From contig CM059432.1 in the NCBI GenBank assembly GCA_030390025.1, positions 53,012,001 through 53,076,000 on the forward strand: DNA of 64,000 nucleotides, read 5' to 3'. Positions 50,228-61,719 of the stretch are shown here, piece after piece. Source of the DNA: Squalus acanthias. Its lineage: Eukaryota. Under the pieces are notes generated by a model, which was not told the origin of the DNA, ran no database searches, and saw only the letters and a program-made list of their open reading frames with translations. Each line of letters begins with the position of its first letter. Positions within the stretch are counted from its first letter, which is position 1. Position numbers and translations under genes: made by a program.

Positions 50228-52612
50228 GGGCCAGAAATTCGGGTCTCCACGGGTGAGTACGCGCTGGGTACTCACCCGTAGACCCAACGAAAGTGCCGGT
50301 TTCGCGCATGCACTGCGCATGCGCTGGAAACCGGAACTTCCGTTCCCCTGAAGGAAGGGGTTCAGAGGTCGAACGCGTGCACCGGAGAGGCAGCGCGCAC
50401 GCAGCAAACTTCGTTTTTATTTTCAGGTTTCTCCGTGAGGGTAAGTACGGAGAAGCTGCGCGGGGAAAAAGGAGGCGCAAGGCCTGCTTTTAACAAGGTA
50501 AGTGGTGAATTAAGTACAATTTAAACATTTTTTCAACAGGTTTATCTTTTTTACATACTTTAAAGAAAGGTAAGTTTATTTTCAACACCGTTAAAAAGTG
50601 TAATTAATTTTTTCAAAAATAAAAATTTTTGTTTAAAGTAGTTAATTTATGTAATTTATAGTTATTTTAAAAATGTGATTTAAAAAAAAAATTATTTGAA
50701 GTTTTAGTGAGGTTTTGGGGCCGATCTCTATTCATAGATTTGACAAGTCTTCCTGTCAAAATCTATGAATGAAGATTCCCTGCTCCGATTGGCTCTCCAT
50801 GGCCCACGTGGTCCCAGGGGACGCTTCGAACTAACTGTGCCCCTGGGATACGCAAGTACTGTGCGCCGGCAGCTGCAGGAGGCCCAGGAGCTGAATTCCA
50901 CGCGGGCCCGAAGCACAACGGCAGGCGCGGTGTAAGGTTTCCAAAATTTGCAGATCCCCAAAACCTAAGGAAAAAGGACTTTGGAACTACCTCAGAGTGA
51001 TAAAAATGCATTTGGGCCTAACATAAGGAATTTAAGACCAAAAACCAAGTTTTGGCATTTAAAAAAAACATGTCTGGGCCTGTAAAGGGACAAGGAGGTG
51101 GGTACGACCTCTGTAAAAGCAGTTTGGTTATTGCAGTTAATTACACTCTCTGGGGAACCGGGATGACCCCACTCAAGCCCCAGCAGACATTAACATTTTG
51201 ACAATAGACCCTGGGAGAAGACAGTCCCACCCAAAATACAGGCCCCATCAAAACCGATTACAGGGCCCATCAGAATCATGCATAATAAAACCCACTCAGG
51301 ACCATTCTATAGAAAGACCAAGTCCAGCCTAGAAACCCAAACACGAAATCAATCACCAGTGATCAACCAAGGAGATCGACAGGATGTAAGCCATCCCAAA
51401 AGCCATTTGACACTTACAGAGCAGTTACTGGTAACAGGCCCGCCAAAATCAGACAATGAACTGAGCAGATTTGGCGGGTAGATAAGGCCATGTTCAATGG
51501 GTGAGATTGAAGGCCTGTTAAAAAACCAGTTAACATGCTATTAAGTCGTTACTGATTAACGAGCCCGCCAAAACCAGACAATGAACTGAGTAGATTTGGC
51601 GGGTAGATAAGGCCACTTCAATTCCATATAATTGAAGGCCCGTTACGCACTTCAGTGGGCATCAGAAGAAGAAGAAACAAGGAAGAAGACAAGCCGAGCT
51701 GGAAGCGAGTCGGCATCGCTCACCACTCAGACACACCTGAGTCCAGCTTGTGAAGATACCACCTCGACGGACCTCCAACAACGGTCCCAACACAGTCACC
51801 CGGAGCAACAAGCAGCAACAAGTCACCGACAGCTCCACGAGGTTGACCGACACAAGGCCTAAAACCATCGCGGAAACCAAAGGCCTCAAGAAACCAACAA
51901 TCGCATATTACCCCCAACTGACCGGGTAATAGCAGGCCACCGCGACCAACTCAAGGGAAGAAAACCTGAAGAACCGCAAAGTTTCCACTCTACAATCTAC
52001 TCCTGACTTACCCCTGGGTAAGATTTTCCCCAAAGACTCTAAACCCTACTGCTAAACCAAAGAAATTGGGTACTCACCAGATAAATCCAAAACGACATCC
52101 TACCGCATCAGCGGACTCGCGAAGACTGACCAGATACGCAGGTGAAGTCCTCTACCGCGTATGGGGTACTGCAGACACTAACCGCCATAAACAGCAAACC
52201 CCAAAACCACGATTTAGCCCAACTGTCAAAGGATTGGTGAGCATTATCCCTGGTCCTTCAAAGCCTAACTTAGCTAGTAAAGTGGGGTTGGGAGGGGTGA
52301 AGTATTGTTCTACTGTCATTTCCCTTGCTTGTACCGAAGTGTTCCCCACCCTTAGAGTGTTAAGAGTGTTGTTATTTGTGTTTTACCTTTTTAATAAAGA
52401 TTGAAGTTCTTTCATCAAACTCAGTTGTCTGCTGCACCTTTTGTCACAACCCCCAAATAAGTCCAAGGTCTCGAACCAAGGGAGTGGGAGCGATTCGAAC
52501 CGCTCAGAAGTCAGAGGTGAAGCTGACACAAAACACCACCCCCTACAGCGGTATGTAAGTACGCGCGCGATTCTTGCACCTGCGGGAAGCCGGAGAGCCG
52601 AATTTCTGGCCC
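50228..52612. mobile_element. Harbinger-type non-autonomous element containing a solo LTR
   Basis: Perfect 15-bp TIRs gggccagaaattcgg / ccgaatttctggccc. AAT TSD. Confidence 0.92.
50931..52547 (+). mobile_element. 1617-bp solo LTR (ERV- or Gypsy-type)
   Basis: TGTAAGG...CCCTACA termini. Exact GCGG TSD. AATAAA at ~52393. Internal direct repeat at 51438 / 51563. Confidence 0.88.
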
Positions 52613-55072
52613 AATATATATCAATGATTTGGATGAGGGAACCAAATGTAATATTTCCAAGTTTGCTGACGATACGAAATTAGGAGGGATTGTGAGTTGT
52701 GAGGAGGATGGAAAGAGGCTTCAAGGTGATTTAGACAAGTTGAGTGAGTGGGCAAATACATGGCAGATGCAGTATAACGTGAATAAATGTGAAGTTATCC
52801 ACTTCGGTAGGAAAAGCAGAAAGGCAAAGTATTATTTAAATGGTGATAGATTGGGAAATGTTGATGTACAAAGGGACCTCGGTGTCCTTGTACACCAGTC
52901 ACTGAAAGCAAACATGCAGGTGCAGCAAGCAGTTAGGAAGGCAAATGGTATGTTGGCCTTCATTGCAAGAGGATTTGAGTACAGGAGCAAGGATGTCTTA
53001 CTACAGTTATACAGGGCCTTGGTGAGACCACACCTGGAGTACTGTGTGCAGTTCTGGTCTCCTTACCTAAGAAAGGATAGACTTGCCATAGAGGGAGTGC
53101 AGCGAAGGTTCACCAGACTGATTCGTGGGATGGCAGGGCTGTCGTATGAGGAGAGTTTGGGCCGCCTAGGCCTGTATTCACTCGAGTTTAGAAGAATGAG
53201 AGGGGATCTAATTGAAGCGTATAAAATTCTGACAGGGCTAGACAGACTGGATGCAGGGAGGATGTTTCCCCTGGCTGGGGGGTTTAGAACGAGGGGTCAC
53301 AGTCTCAGGATATGGGGTAGGACGTTTAGGACTGAGATGAGGAGAAATTTCTTCACTCAGAGGGTGGTGAACCTGTGGAATTCTCTACCACAGAAGGCTG
53401 TGGAGGCCAAGTCACTGAATATTTTTAAGAAGGAGATAGATAGATTTCTAGGCACAAAGGGCATCAAGGGGTATGGGGAGAGAGCGGGAATATGGTATTG
53501 AGAAAGAGGATCAGCCATGATCATATTGAATGGCGGAGCAGGCTCGAAGGGCCAAATGGCCTACTCCTGCTCCTATTTTTCTATGTTTTCTATGTTTCTA
53601 ATTCATGTCTTTATCCTCCCACAGGCCCATCAGATGCCGCCCCCCCGCCCCCACTGTCCAGCCAGAGGAGGAAGACGAACCCTCAGAGGAAGCCGCAGTC
53701 TCTGAGGGTGCACCGTCACACAACCCAGATGCACCCAGCACCAGCGCAGATGCGCGCACGTCAGTGGGTCCTGTGAGAGAGTGTAGTGTTGTCACCTGGT
53801 ATTTCACAGATCACAATTGAGCAAGAGCAGATGTTGGGGACAGGGACAGCAGTGGAGAGTCCTCGCCAGAGGGCGCAGGACGCTCCAAGCTCTGCTCAGC
53901 TGGATCCAGATGCTGAACCTCGAGGAACAGCAACAAATGTGCGAGGCTCTGGCAGCTTTTCCAGCCGCGGTGTGTGTGACTGTACAGAAAATGGAGGAGG
54001 CCATCTCCAACATGAGCAGCACCATATCGCAGGCGATGGCAACGATGTGCTGTTCCATGGAAAGGGTGACCAGCTGCATGGAGCCGCTAATGCGCCAGTC
54101 AAACGAGAACATGCTTGCTGTGAACAACAGCTTGCAGACTCTTATTGCAGTCATATCTAGGAGGGATACAAACTTAGATTTGGCCGTTCATCGCCCCAGT
54201 GATGTGCAGCAAGGTGCTCGCCAGCTTCTTGCTAGCAGGGAAGTGCGGGTGGCCCATGAGAGGGATGCTGGTGAGAAGGGACATGGAAATGGGGGATCTG
54301 CTCAAAGCTCTCACACTTCTCCCCCGTTGCTTCTCTCTCAGTCAGAGCCCCACATGCTGCCTCGGATCCCGATGGCTGAGTCTGCCCCTGCACAGTTGCA
54401 GGAAGAGCAGTCTTTGGTGGGGCCCAAAACCCAGAGGACGTCTGCCAAAAGTGTCTAAGCAGTCAGAGCAGGGAAATGAGCAGCCTGCCTCTACCTCTGC
54501 TGAAGCCACAGGGGGTGCACATCATAGAAGTAGTAGGAAAAGAAAAATGACACAATTGTTGATGCACAAGGGGTGCACATGAATGTGTTATAAAATGTTA
54601 GATGGTTAAGCTTCCTTTTGTGGCACTGAACCCAGATGCATGCACACAAAGGCAGCCAGGCTGCCTTGGTTTGCTGAGGAGGCTTCCTCCGTCCATTGGA
54701 GGGGAACAGAACCTCCTTGCGCCCTCTCACTCCCTCCACAAGAGCATGGAGGAAGTCATCATCGAATCTGGGAGAAACCTTGGCTCTTGAAACAGTCATC
54801 TCGCTATCAGTAACACTGAGAAGCATCAGAATGTGAATGAAACACCACAAGGCTGCATGGGCCCCTTAAATGCAGCTGAATAGAAGACGTCAGCAGAGGC
54901 GAGCAACAGACCCGAACCCACTGATTGGGCCGGGTAATGCGCACGGCGGGCTTAATAAGCCCAGTTAAGGCAAAATAGTTATTTCAGAGCGGCTGAAACC
55001 GACAGTGGGACCGGAACCAGCCGACCAGCCAACCCAACTCCAACCCGCCACCGATGGTAACAAAAGAAGATA

Positions 55073-55624
55073 AGACATATGAACATAAGACGTAGGAGCA
55101 GGAGTAGGTCATTTGGCCCCTCGAGCCTGCTCCGCCATTCAATAAGATCATGGCTGATCTGATCTTGGCCTCAACTCCGCTTCCCTGCCCGCTCCCCATA
55201 ACCCTTGACTCCCTTATCGTTCAAAAATCTGTCTATCTCCACCTTAAATATATTCAATGACCCAGCCTCCACAGCTCTCTGGGGAAGAGAATTCCAAAGA
55301 TTCACGACCCTCTGAGAGAAGAAATTCCTCCTCATTTCCGATTTAAATGGGTGTCCCCTTATTCTGAAATTATGCCCGCTAGTTCTAGATTCCCCCACGA
55401 GAGGAAACATCCTCTCTGCATCTACCTTGTCAAGCCCCTTCAGAATCTTATATGTTTCAATAAGATCCCCTCTCATTCTTCTAAACTCCAATAAGTATAG
55501 GCCCAACTTGCTCAACCTTTCTTCATAAGACAACCCCTTCATCTCCGGAATCAATCTCGTGAACCTTCTCTGAACTGCCTCCAATGCAAGTATATCCTTC
55601 CTTAAATAAGGAGACCAAAACTGT
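55073..55624 (-). mobile_element. CR1 3' fragment inserted next to a Harbinger TIR
   Basis: QFWSPYLRKD...GYGERAGK and a CR1 tail. Confidence 0.92.
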
Positions 55625-55640
55625 AAAATCACGGCCAGAA

Positions 55641-56495
55641 TGTTTCTACTGTGGCTATCAATATAAGATAGTGTTGAAACATAGAAGGTAGGAAGAAGGT
55701 TTGAGAGAGTTAGTCTAGCCACAGATGATTGGACTAATTACAGTCCAAAGACAGGAAGTCGCTCATGATGAAAGGCAAGTCCCTAGAGTTTAGAAGAATG
55801 AGAGGGATGATCTCATTGAAACATATAAAATTCTTACAGGGCGTGACAGGGTAGTTGTTGGGAGGAAGTTTCCCTCAGCTGGGGAGTCTGGAACTAGGGG
55901 TCACAGTCTCAGAATAAGGGGTCGCTATTTAGGACTGAGATGAGGAGAAATTTCTTCACTCAAACGGTTGAGAATCTTTGGAATTCTCTACCCCAGAGGG
56001 CTATGGATGCTCAGTTGCTGTGTATATTCAAGAAACATATCGATAGATTTTTGGATACTAAGGGAACCAAGGGATATGGGAAGGTGGAGTTGAGGTAGAA
56101 GATCAGCCATGATCTTATTGAATGGCATCGAGAGGCCGAATGGCCCACTCCTGCTCCTATTTCTTATGTTCTTATACGTCCAGGCATGAAGGAAAGTTAC
56201 TGAAGAGGAAGCACTATATGAGGTCATGTGGCAAAAGGGAGCCAATAGGGGAGAACAAGGGACTTGGGCGGAACTCATTAATGTGTAAATAGGCTGCGAT
56301 GTTTCGTTTTTAGTAGTACAATGCCCAAAGAGGTGCCTGGTGTAATACCTGAAGGGTATCCGAATCTGAAGAGCGCATGACTACGCTTGATTATACACTG
56401 CTTGTGTAACTTCTCTTCACGCCAAGCTTAATAAAGGTGAAACACGAAAAATCTGGCGTCTAAGACTCGCGCTTAATTCAACTTCGTAAGTAACA
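55641..56495 (+). mobile_element. Possible solo LTR interrupted by a CR1 3' fragment (55783-56173)
   Basis: TGTT...AACA ends with CCAAT, GC box and AATAAA in LTR-like order. No convincing TSD. The CR1 piece itself is clear. Confidence 0.4.
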
Positions 56496-56504
56496 AATAA
56501 TTCA

Positions 56505-56782
56505 ATAGATAGTCACCAAGAAATCAAATAGGGAATTCAGAAGAAACTTCTTTACCCAGAGAATGTTGAGAATGTGAAACTCGCTACAACAGCTGAGGCA
56601 AATAGTATAGATGCATTTAAGGGGAGGCTAGATAGCCAGATGAGGGAGAAGGGAATAGAGGGTTATGCTGATAGAGTTAGATGAGGAAGGATGGGAGGAG
56701 GCGCGAGTGGAGCATTAACGGCGGCATGGATAGGTTGGGCCGAATGGCCTGTTTCTGTGCTGTATCTTATGTAATCCTATGT
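56505..56782 (+). mobile_element. CR1 3' end fragment
   Basis: ttcagaagaaacttctttacccagaga...gggccgaatggcctg. Confidence 0.85.
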
Positions 56783-59700
56783 AAATCAACCTTCACATAA
56801 GACAGCAGATGAGAGTACATTGAAAAGTCCCTTTGAGAGAAAGAAACATTTCTAAAAAAACTGCATTTTAGCAGTTTATTTGTTATATATAACTTCTTTA
56901 GGGATAAACACTAAATAATCATAACCTGTAACTGTTATAAGCTGTCTTTATAAAACTTTACTGCCTCAAATTTGCAACCAACAATGGTTGGTTCTGACAG
57001 CCTTAAGTACCACCACAAACAAACTAGTACAGGGTTGAAACACTGTCAGCTTCAAGCATTGACTTTGAGATTTGCCACTGGGTTAGAGATATACTACGCC
57101 CAGTCTGAAATACAATTAGCATGAGATTGCGCGCTGTGTAGTGATGTTAATTCCTTTTGGCCTCAGTGCACTCTGGAGTACTAGTGGGGTGGGGTGGGGG
57201 TCAAGTGTAAGTACTAGTGAGCAAAACTGGAAAAAAATGCGTTGAAAAAACATCTGCGAAGCCGGAAGTCAGCAAGCAAAATTTGTGGACTCGTAAAACT
57301 CCTCACTTCTGCCTGAATCAGTGACTGGGGCAGTAGCTGGGCCTATTTGATATGTGTGTAACTTTCTCTGAGTGCAGTAGTGGCATAAAAGCAGGAAATT
57401 CCCAGGCACAGTGCCACTAGGTGAATGACACACCAATGCAAATGAGCCCCGCAGGGCATATGTGGGCGGATCGTCAAAGCCACAAAAGGATTGAGGTAAC
57501 TTGTGTCTAGTGCATTAATGTTCATCTGCAGTTTGGACAGCTCAATTATTTTATTACATTATTTTATATTATATGCCATCTGATCCTGCAAGCAGAAAAA
57601 TAGGGTTGAGATGTTATTTTAAGGATCATGTACAGGAACAGACATGTTTCCAACTTGCAGCACCTCCCAAGTGTCAATAACCGACCAGCATTGTGCAGCT
57701 AGGGAATGTTGCAAAGATTTGCTGTGTGAAATCTTTTGTAGATTTCAATGTAGATATAAGTTGCATCCTGTATGTGTGCCATGATGCAGTATGTCCTTGC
57801 ATGCTTAGCAAATCAAAGGGATCTAAGCTGGCATGAAAGCTTTGGACAGGCAAGCATGTTTAATATCTCACCCAAAAGACAATGCAGCACTCCTTCAGTA
57901 TTGCACTGGAGTGTCAGTCTAAATTTTGTACCCACAGCCTTCTGACTCAGAGGCAAGGGCACTACCACTCAACCATGGCTAACACCTATATACACCTATA
58001 GGAAACTCCTGGGTAATATTACCTTAGCATCTTCCCTCAGGTATATTATATTTTTTCATATTTGGAGCCTGACCCTCTGCATATTGCAGAGAATAATCAC
58101 TTTACCCAACATTTTAGTTTATTCTTTCCTGGGGAGTGCTTTCAGGAATCCTCCATCGCTCAGAAATGACACGAACATTTAACTCCTTTCCTTTCAATTT
58201 GTATGAAATGAGTTTACTTGAGAATATTTACTGACTTGAATGCCTACGTTGTGCATTCTGAAAAGAATAAAGTCAGGCACTGTCGTGTAATCCGCCAGCA
58301 AAAATCAAACAATGCTCACTTTGCTGACACAGTCCTTTTAAATAACTTTAATTATCTGGCGCCATGCATACAAAGTCTCGGGGATAATTCAGGCCCAACC
58401 TGGAAAACATGGCTGTAATAGAATTGTTACTCTTGGGTATGCTTGATGTTGACACCAGTGTAAAATAGGAAAGTGTTCCAGTCTCCAACAATGACGTTTC
58501 CCACTGTAACAAGCACAAAATTGTCCATCCACTCACCCACCCAAACCAAAGCATTTCTTCATACTTATTTTTTCTTGCATGATTTCAATCAGATATGAAG
58601 CTCGCTTCGCTGAAGTATTTTATTTTGAGAAAGTAAAACAAAATCCTATATTTTAAGACAGAACCAAGTTTAAAATATATTTGTGACTTTGCAAGTGTAT
58701 TTGCAGCTTCTAAGTTGTGTAACCGCTACTTATTTTCACTCTGTGAGCTGCATACCTGTCTGGAGCTTGGGAATAAGAAACTGCAGCTGTTTTGTCACCA
58801 GATGTTGAATTGTCTCCTCCCCATATGATCTTTTTAGAATTGTTATTTATCACAAATGACTAACTTATGTGAAAAAGGTTTATGGTTTACAAAAATGTTT
58901 CAGACACTTTTGGAAGAGTTTGACAGGCTACAGGCTGGCGGCCCCTTGTATTGTACTGACGCTGACTTCAGTCAGCTCTGAGGGAAAGTGCAACCCCTCC
59001 TGGCAGTAATAATGAGGGAAAAAAACAGCAAGAGCTGAAAGTATGAAATAAAAACACAAAATGCTTGAACTCCACAGCAGGTCCATCAACATCAATGAAG
59101 AGAAAATCTAGGATAATGTTTTGCTTGTATACTCTTTGTCAGAATGTGCTTTGACTGAAAGGTGGGGGAAGTGGCGGAGGGTTCTATATCTGGGGTATCG
59201 GCTTGTCGTTTCGCTTTTCGGGTTCTGGTGGACCTGCTGTGTGTGCCGTGCATTTTCTGATTTCACTTCCTTTTATTTCCTGCATTTACAGTTTTGACTT
59301 TTTTTTTGTGTCCATCTTTCTAATCCCATTACCCTAGTATATTTAACTATTTTAATGCATTTTCACTGCCTCACTGAGATAGATGATCTTTACACATCAT
59401 CCACCAACATTCCCCTTTTTACACCTTTTCAAAAAATCTGTTTGCCGACCATTGAGCCCATTAACTCCCCTCTGTGACAACAGTCAGCCGGAGAAACCCT
59501 GTATTCGTAGCTGGGAATCTGCGTTCAAAGGGATTGCGAGTTGGAGATAGGGCGACAGCACTGCAGTTCCAATTCTCCAACCTATGACTGCAGCTCCTTG
59601 CGGGGATCACGGAATTAGCCCTAAAATTCCTGATACTTGATTCGTATCTGTTGTTGTCTTCCCCTCTCTGTGTTTTGTTCAGCCCTATTAAGGAGCCATC

Positions 59701-60307
59701 TTAGCTTCCTGTGTCCAGCTCCAAGGAAAGGTCTAAACCTGAAATGTTAATCTGTCTTTTTTCATTGCAAAAACTGATGGCATTCCTGGTGGTGGTTTAA
59801 CCGCAAGAGTGAACCTAACATGACGGGATTGGATGCAATGCTGCGTTTCCCACCCGGCAAGTTAGGTTAAAATGACCCTCTAGGAATCAGCTTTGTGGTT
59901 GTCCCTTGAACTGTCTCGAGGGCTGGACTGACTCCTTTTTGTCTTGGTATTGAAAATTGGACAGTATACTCAAGCCGTGGTCTGACCAAAGCATGGTAAA
60001 GTTTCAGCATGACATCCCCCAATTGATTTGAAAGAACACTTTAGGAAAATATCTGCCCATGACAGGAAAAGGCCGGTATCATGATTTGTGCTCTCTCTCA
60101 ACACCTGTGCTTATGGAAAAATGCTGGATTGCATCAGTGGCCTGTGTCTCCAATGAACCAAAACTTGCTCCCTTTATGGGTTTTCATGAATGGGATAGCG
60201 TACCACAAGACTAACCATATCCTTTAATGCGGTATAACATGCCAGAGACCACGTGGCATACCCAACATGCTGTTCTGTCCAGTTTGATGGTGGTAAATAC
60301 CACAATG

Positions 60308-60650
60308 TCATAGAATTACATAGAATTTTACAGTACAGAACCAGGCCATTCGGCCCAACAGGTCTATGCTGGTGTTCATGCTCTACACGAGCCTCCTCCC
60401 ACCTTACTTTATCTCACCCACCCTATCTACATATCCTTCTATTCCTATCTCCCTCATGTATCTATCTAGCTTCCTTTTAAATGCACCTATGCTATTTGCC
60501 TCAACCACTCCATGTGATAGCGGGTTCCACATTCTAACCTCTCTCTGAGTAAAGAGGTTTCTCCGGGATTTCTCACTGGATTGTTCTTGTATTTATGTCC
60601 CCTAGTTGTGGACTCCCCCACAAGTGTAAACATCCTCTCTAAGTCAAGCC
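60308..60650 (-). mobile_element. Old CR1 3' end fragment
   Basis: catagaattacatagaa...ggccattcggccc tail and degenerate RT end. Confidence 0.8.
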
Positions 60651-61719
60651 ATCACATTCATGCTAAAGCTAATAGTAAGATTAATTTAGAAGTAAGAAAA
60701 TTATACAAAAACACCCAGAGCAATGATGGCACATATACTTAGAAAATGATAACGATAAAATCAGTCTATAAGATGCTAAAATGTGTTTAGAAAGTTCTTC
60801 TTACACAGACCAATAATCAACAAGACTTTTGGAGGAGATAGTCTTTCATAGACTTCCTTATGCAAAGCCTGTTAAGCATATCCTCTATCAGTCCATGGAA
60901 TCTGTCCACTCCAGAAAGGGATACAAAAAACTGAACTATGAACATGAACACTGAGCTAACAGTATTGAGGAGAATCTGCAGTATATCTCGGATAAAACTC
61001 CTCTGAGTAAAAAGCTGTCAATCAAGTCTAAAGATACAATTGTACATCCTTTGCATAGAATCACTTGATGGCCTTGTCTAGGCCTAGAATTTCAATATAA
61101 TATTTTGACTATATATAATCTGATTAGCCCTAGAACAAAGCTTCTGCATTGTTCCAATCTGCACAGCAAAGAGCTGTCTGTGCTTGTAGATAATTGGGCT
61201 CAGGCTGTCTTGCAGATATATATTAGTGGTCATATTTAAAAAAAAGTATAATACACAAATTTTCCTGATATGATGCAGGGAGAAAGTCTCATTCTTAGGA
61301 AGGGACTGCATTCTGAAGCTTTTGTAGAATTTGCCCGCACCGTACCACAACATGGTAAAATTTGAATTAAAAAAAAATAAAATTATTCTTTAAAATAATT
61401 ATATATGGGAAGGGGCATTTTGATATGAACATATATACTACTTCCTGTAGATTGTTTTTTTTAATCTGCTACTGCAATTATGTAACTGCATGTAGTTGTA
61501 CAGCAGAGGGCAGCATATCCATACTATACAATAATGAAGTACCCAGAACTTCGCAGGGTGTTGAAATTTATTTTTACGTCATAAGAATTGCAGCAAGTGT
61601 CAAAACTTTTTTTAGGTTTTACTATTTAAAAGAAATAGTTATATGCTTGGTTAGAATACCAAAAAGACCCACTATGATCAAAATCTTCGAAGGAAATTTT
61701 GGTTCAAATGAAAGAGTCT

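Larger units (their letters stand above)
48890..53597 (+). mobile_element. CR1 LINE ORF2 (48890-50227 plus 52613-53597)
   Basis: RT frame [12 protein letters not shown] resumes after the insertion. Candidate TSD ttctaatt. Confidence 0.92.
47984..55636. mobile_element. Harbinger-derived element or fused pair with convergent Myb-like remnants, hosting nested insertions
   Basis: Plus strand: MPKFSDASLEIL...AWLEIAEEVSSRS...WIQCRMRFNGL, donor gtgagt ~48554, acceptor ~53623. Minus strand: PRFDDDFLHALVEGV.GRKEVLFP...AAW (54600-54830). Terminal sequences are related as inverted repeats. Confidence 0.65.

Noticed and set aside
57230..57340. Second promoter (gccggaagt ETS site)
   Set aside because: Single motif, no CpG island and no downstream exon identified.
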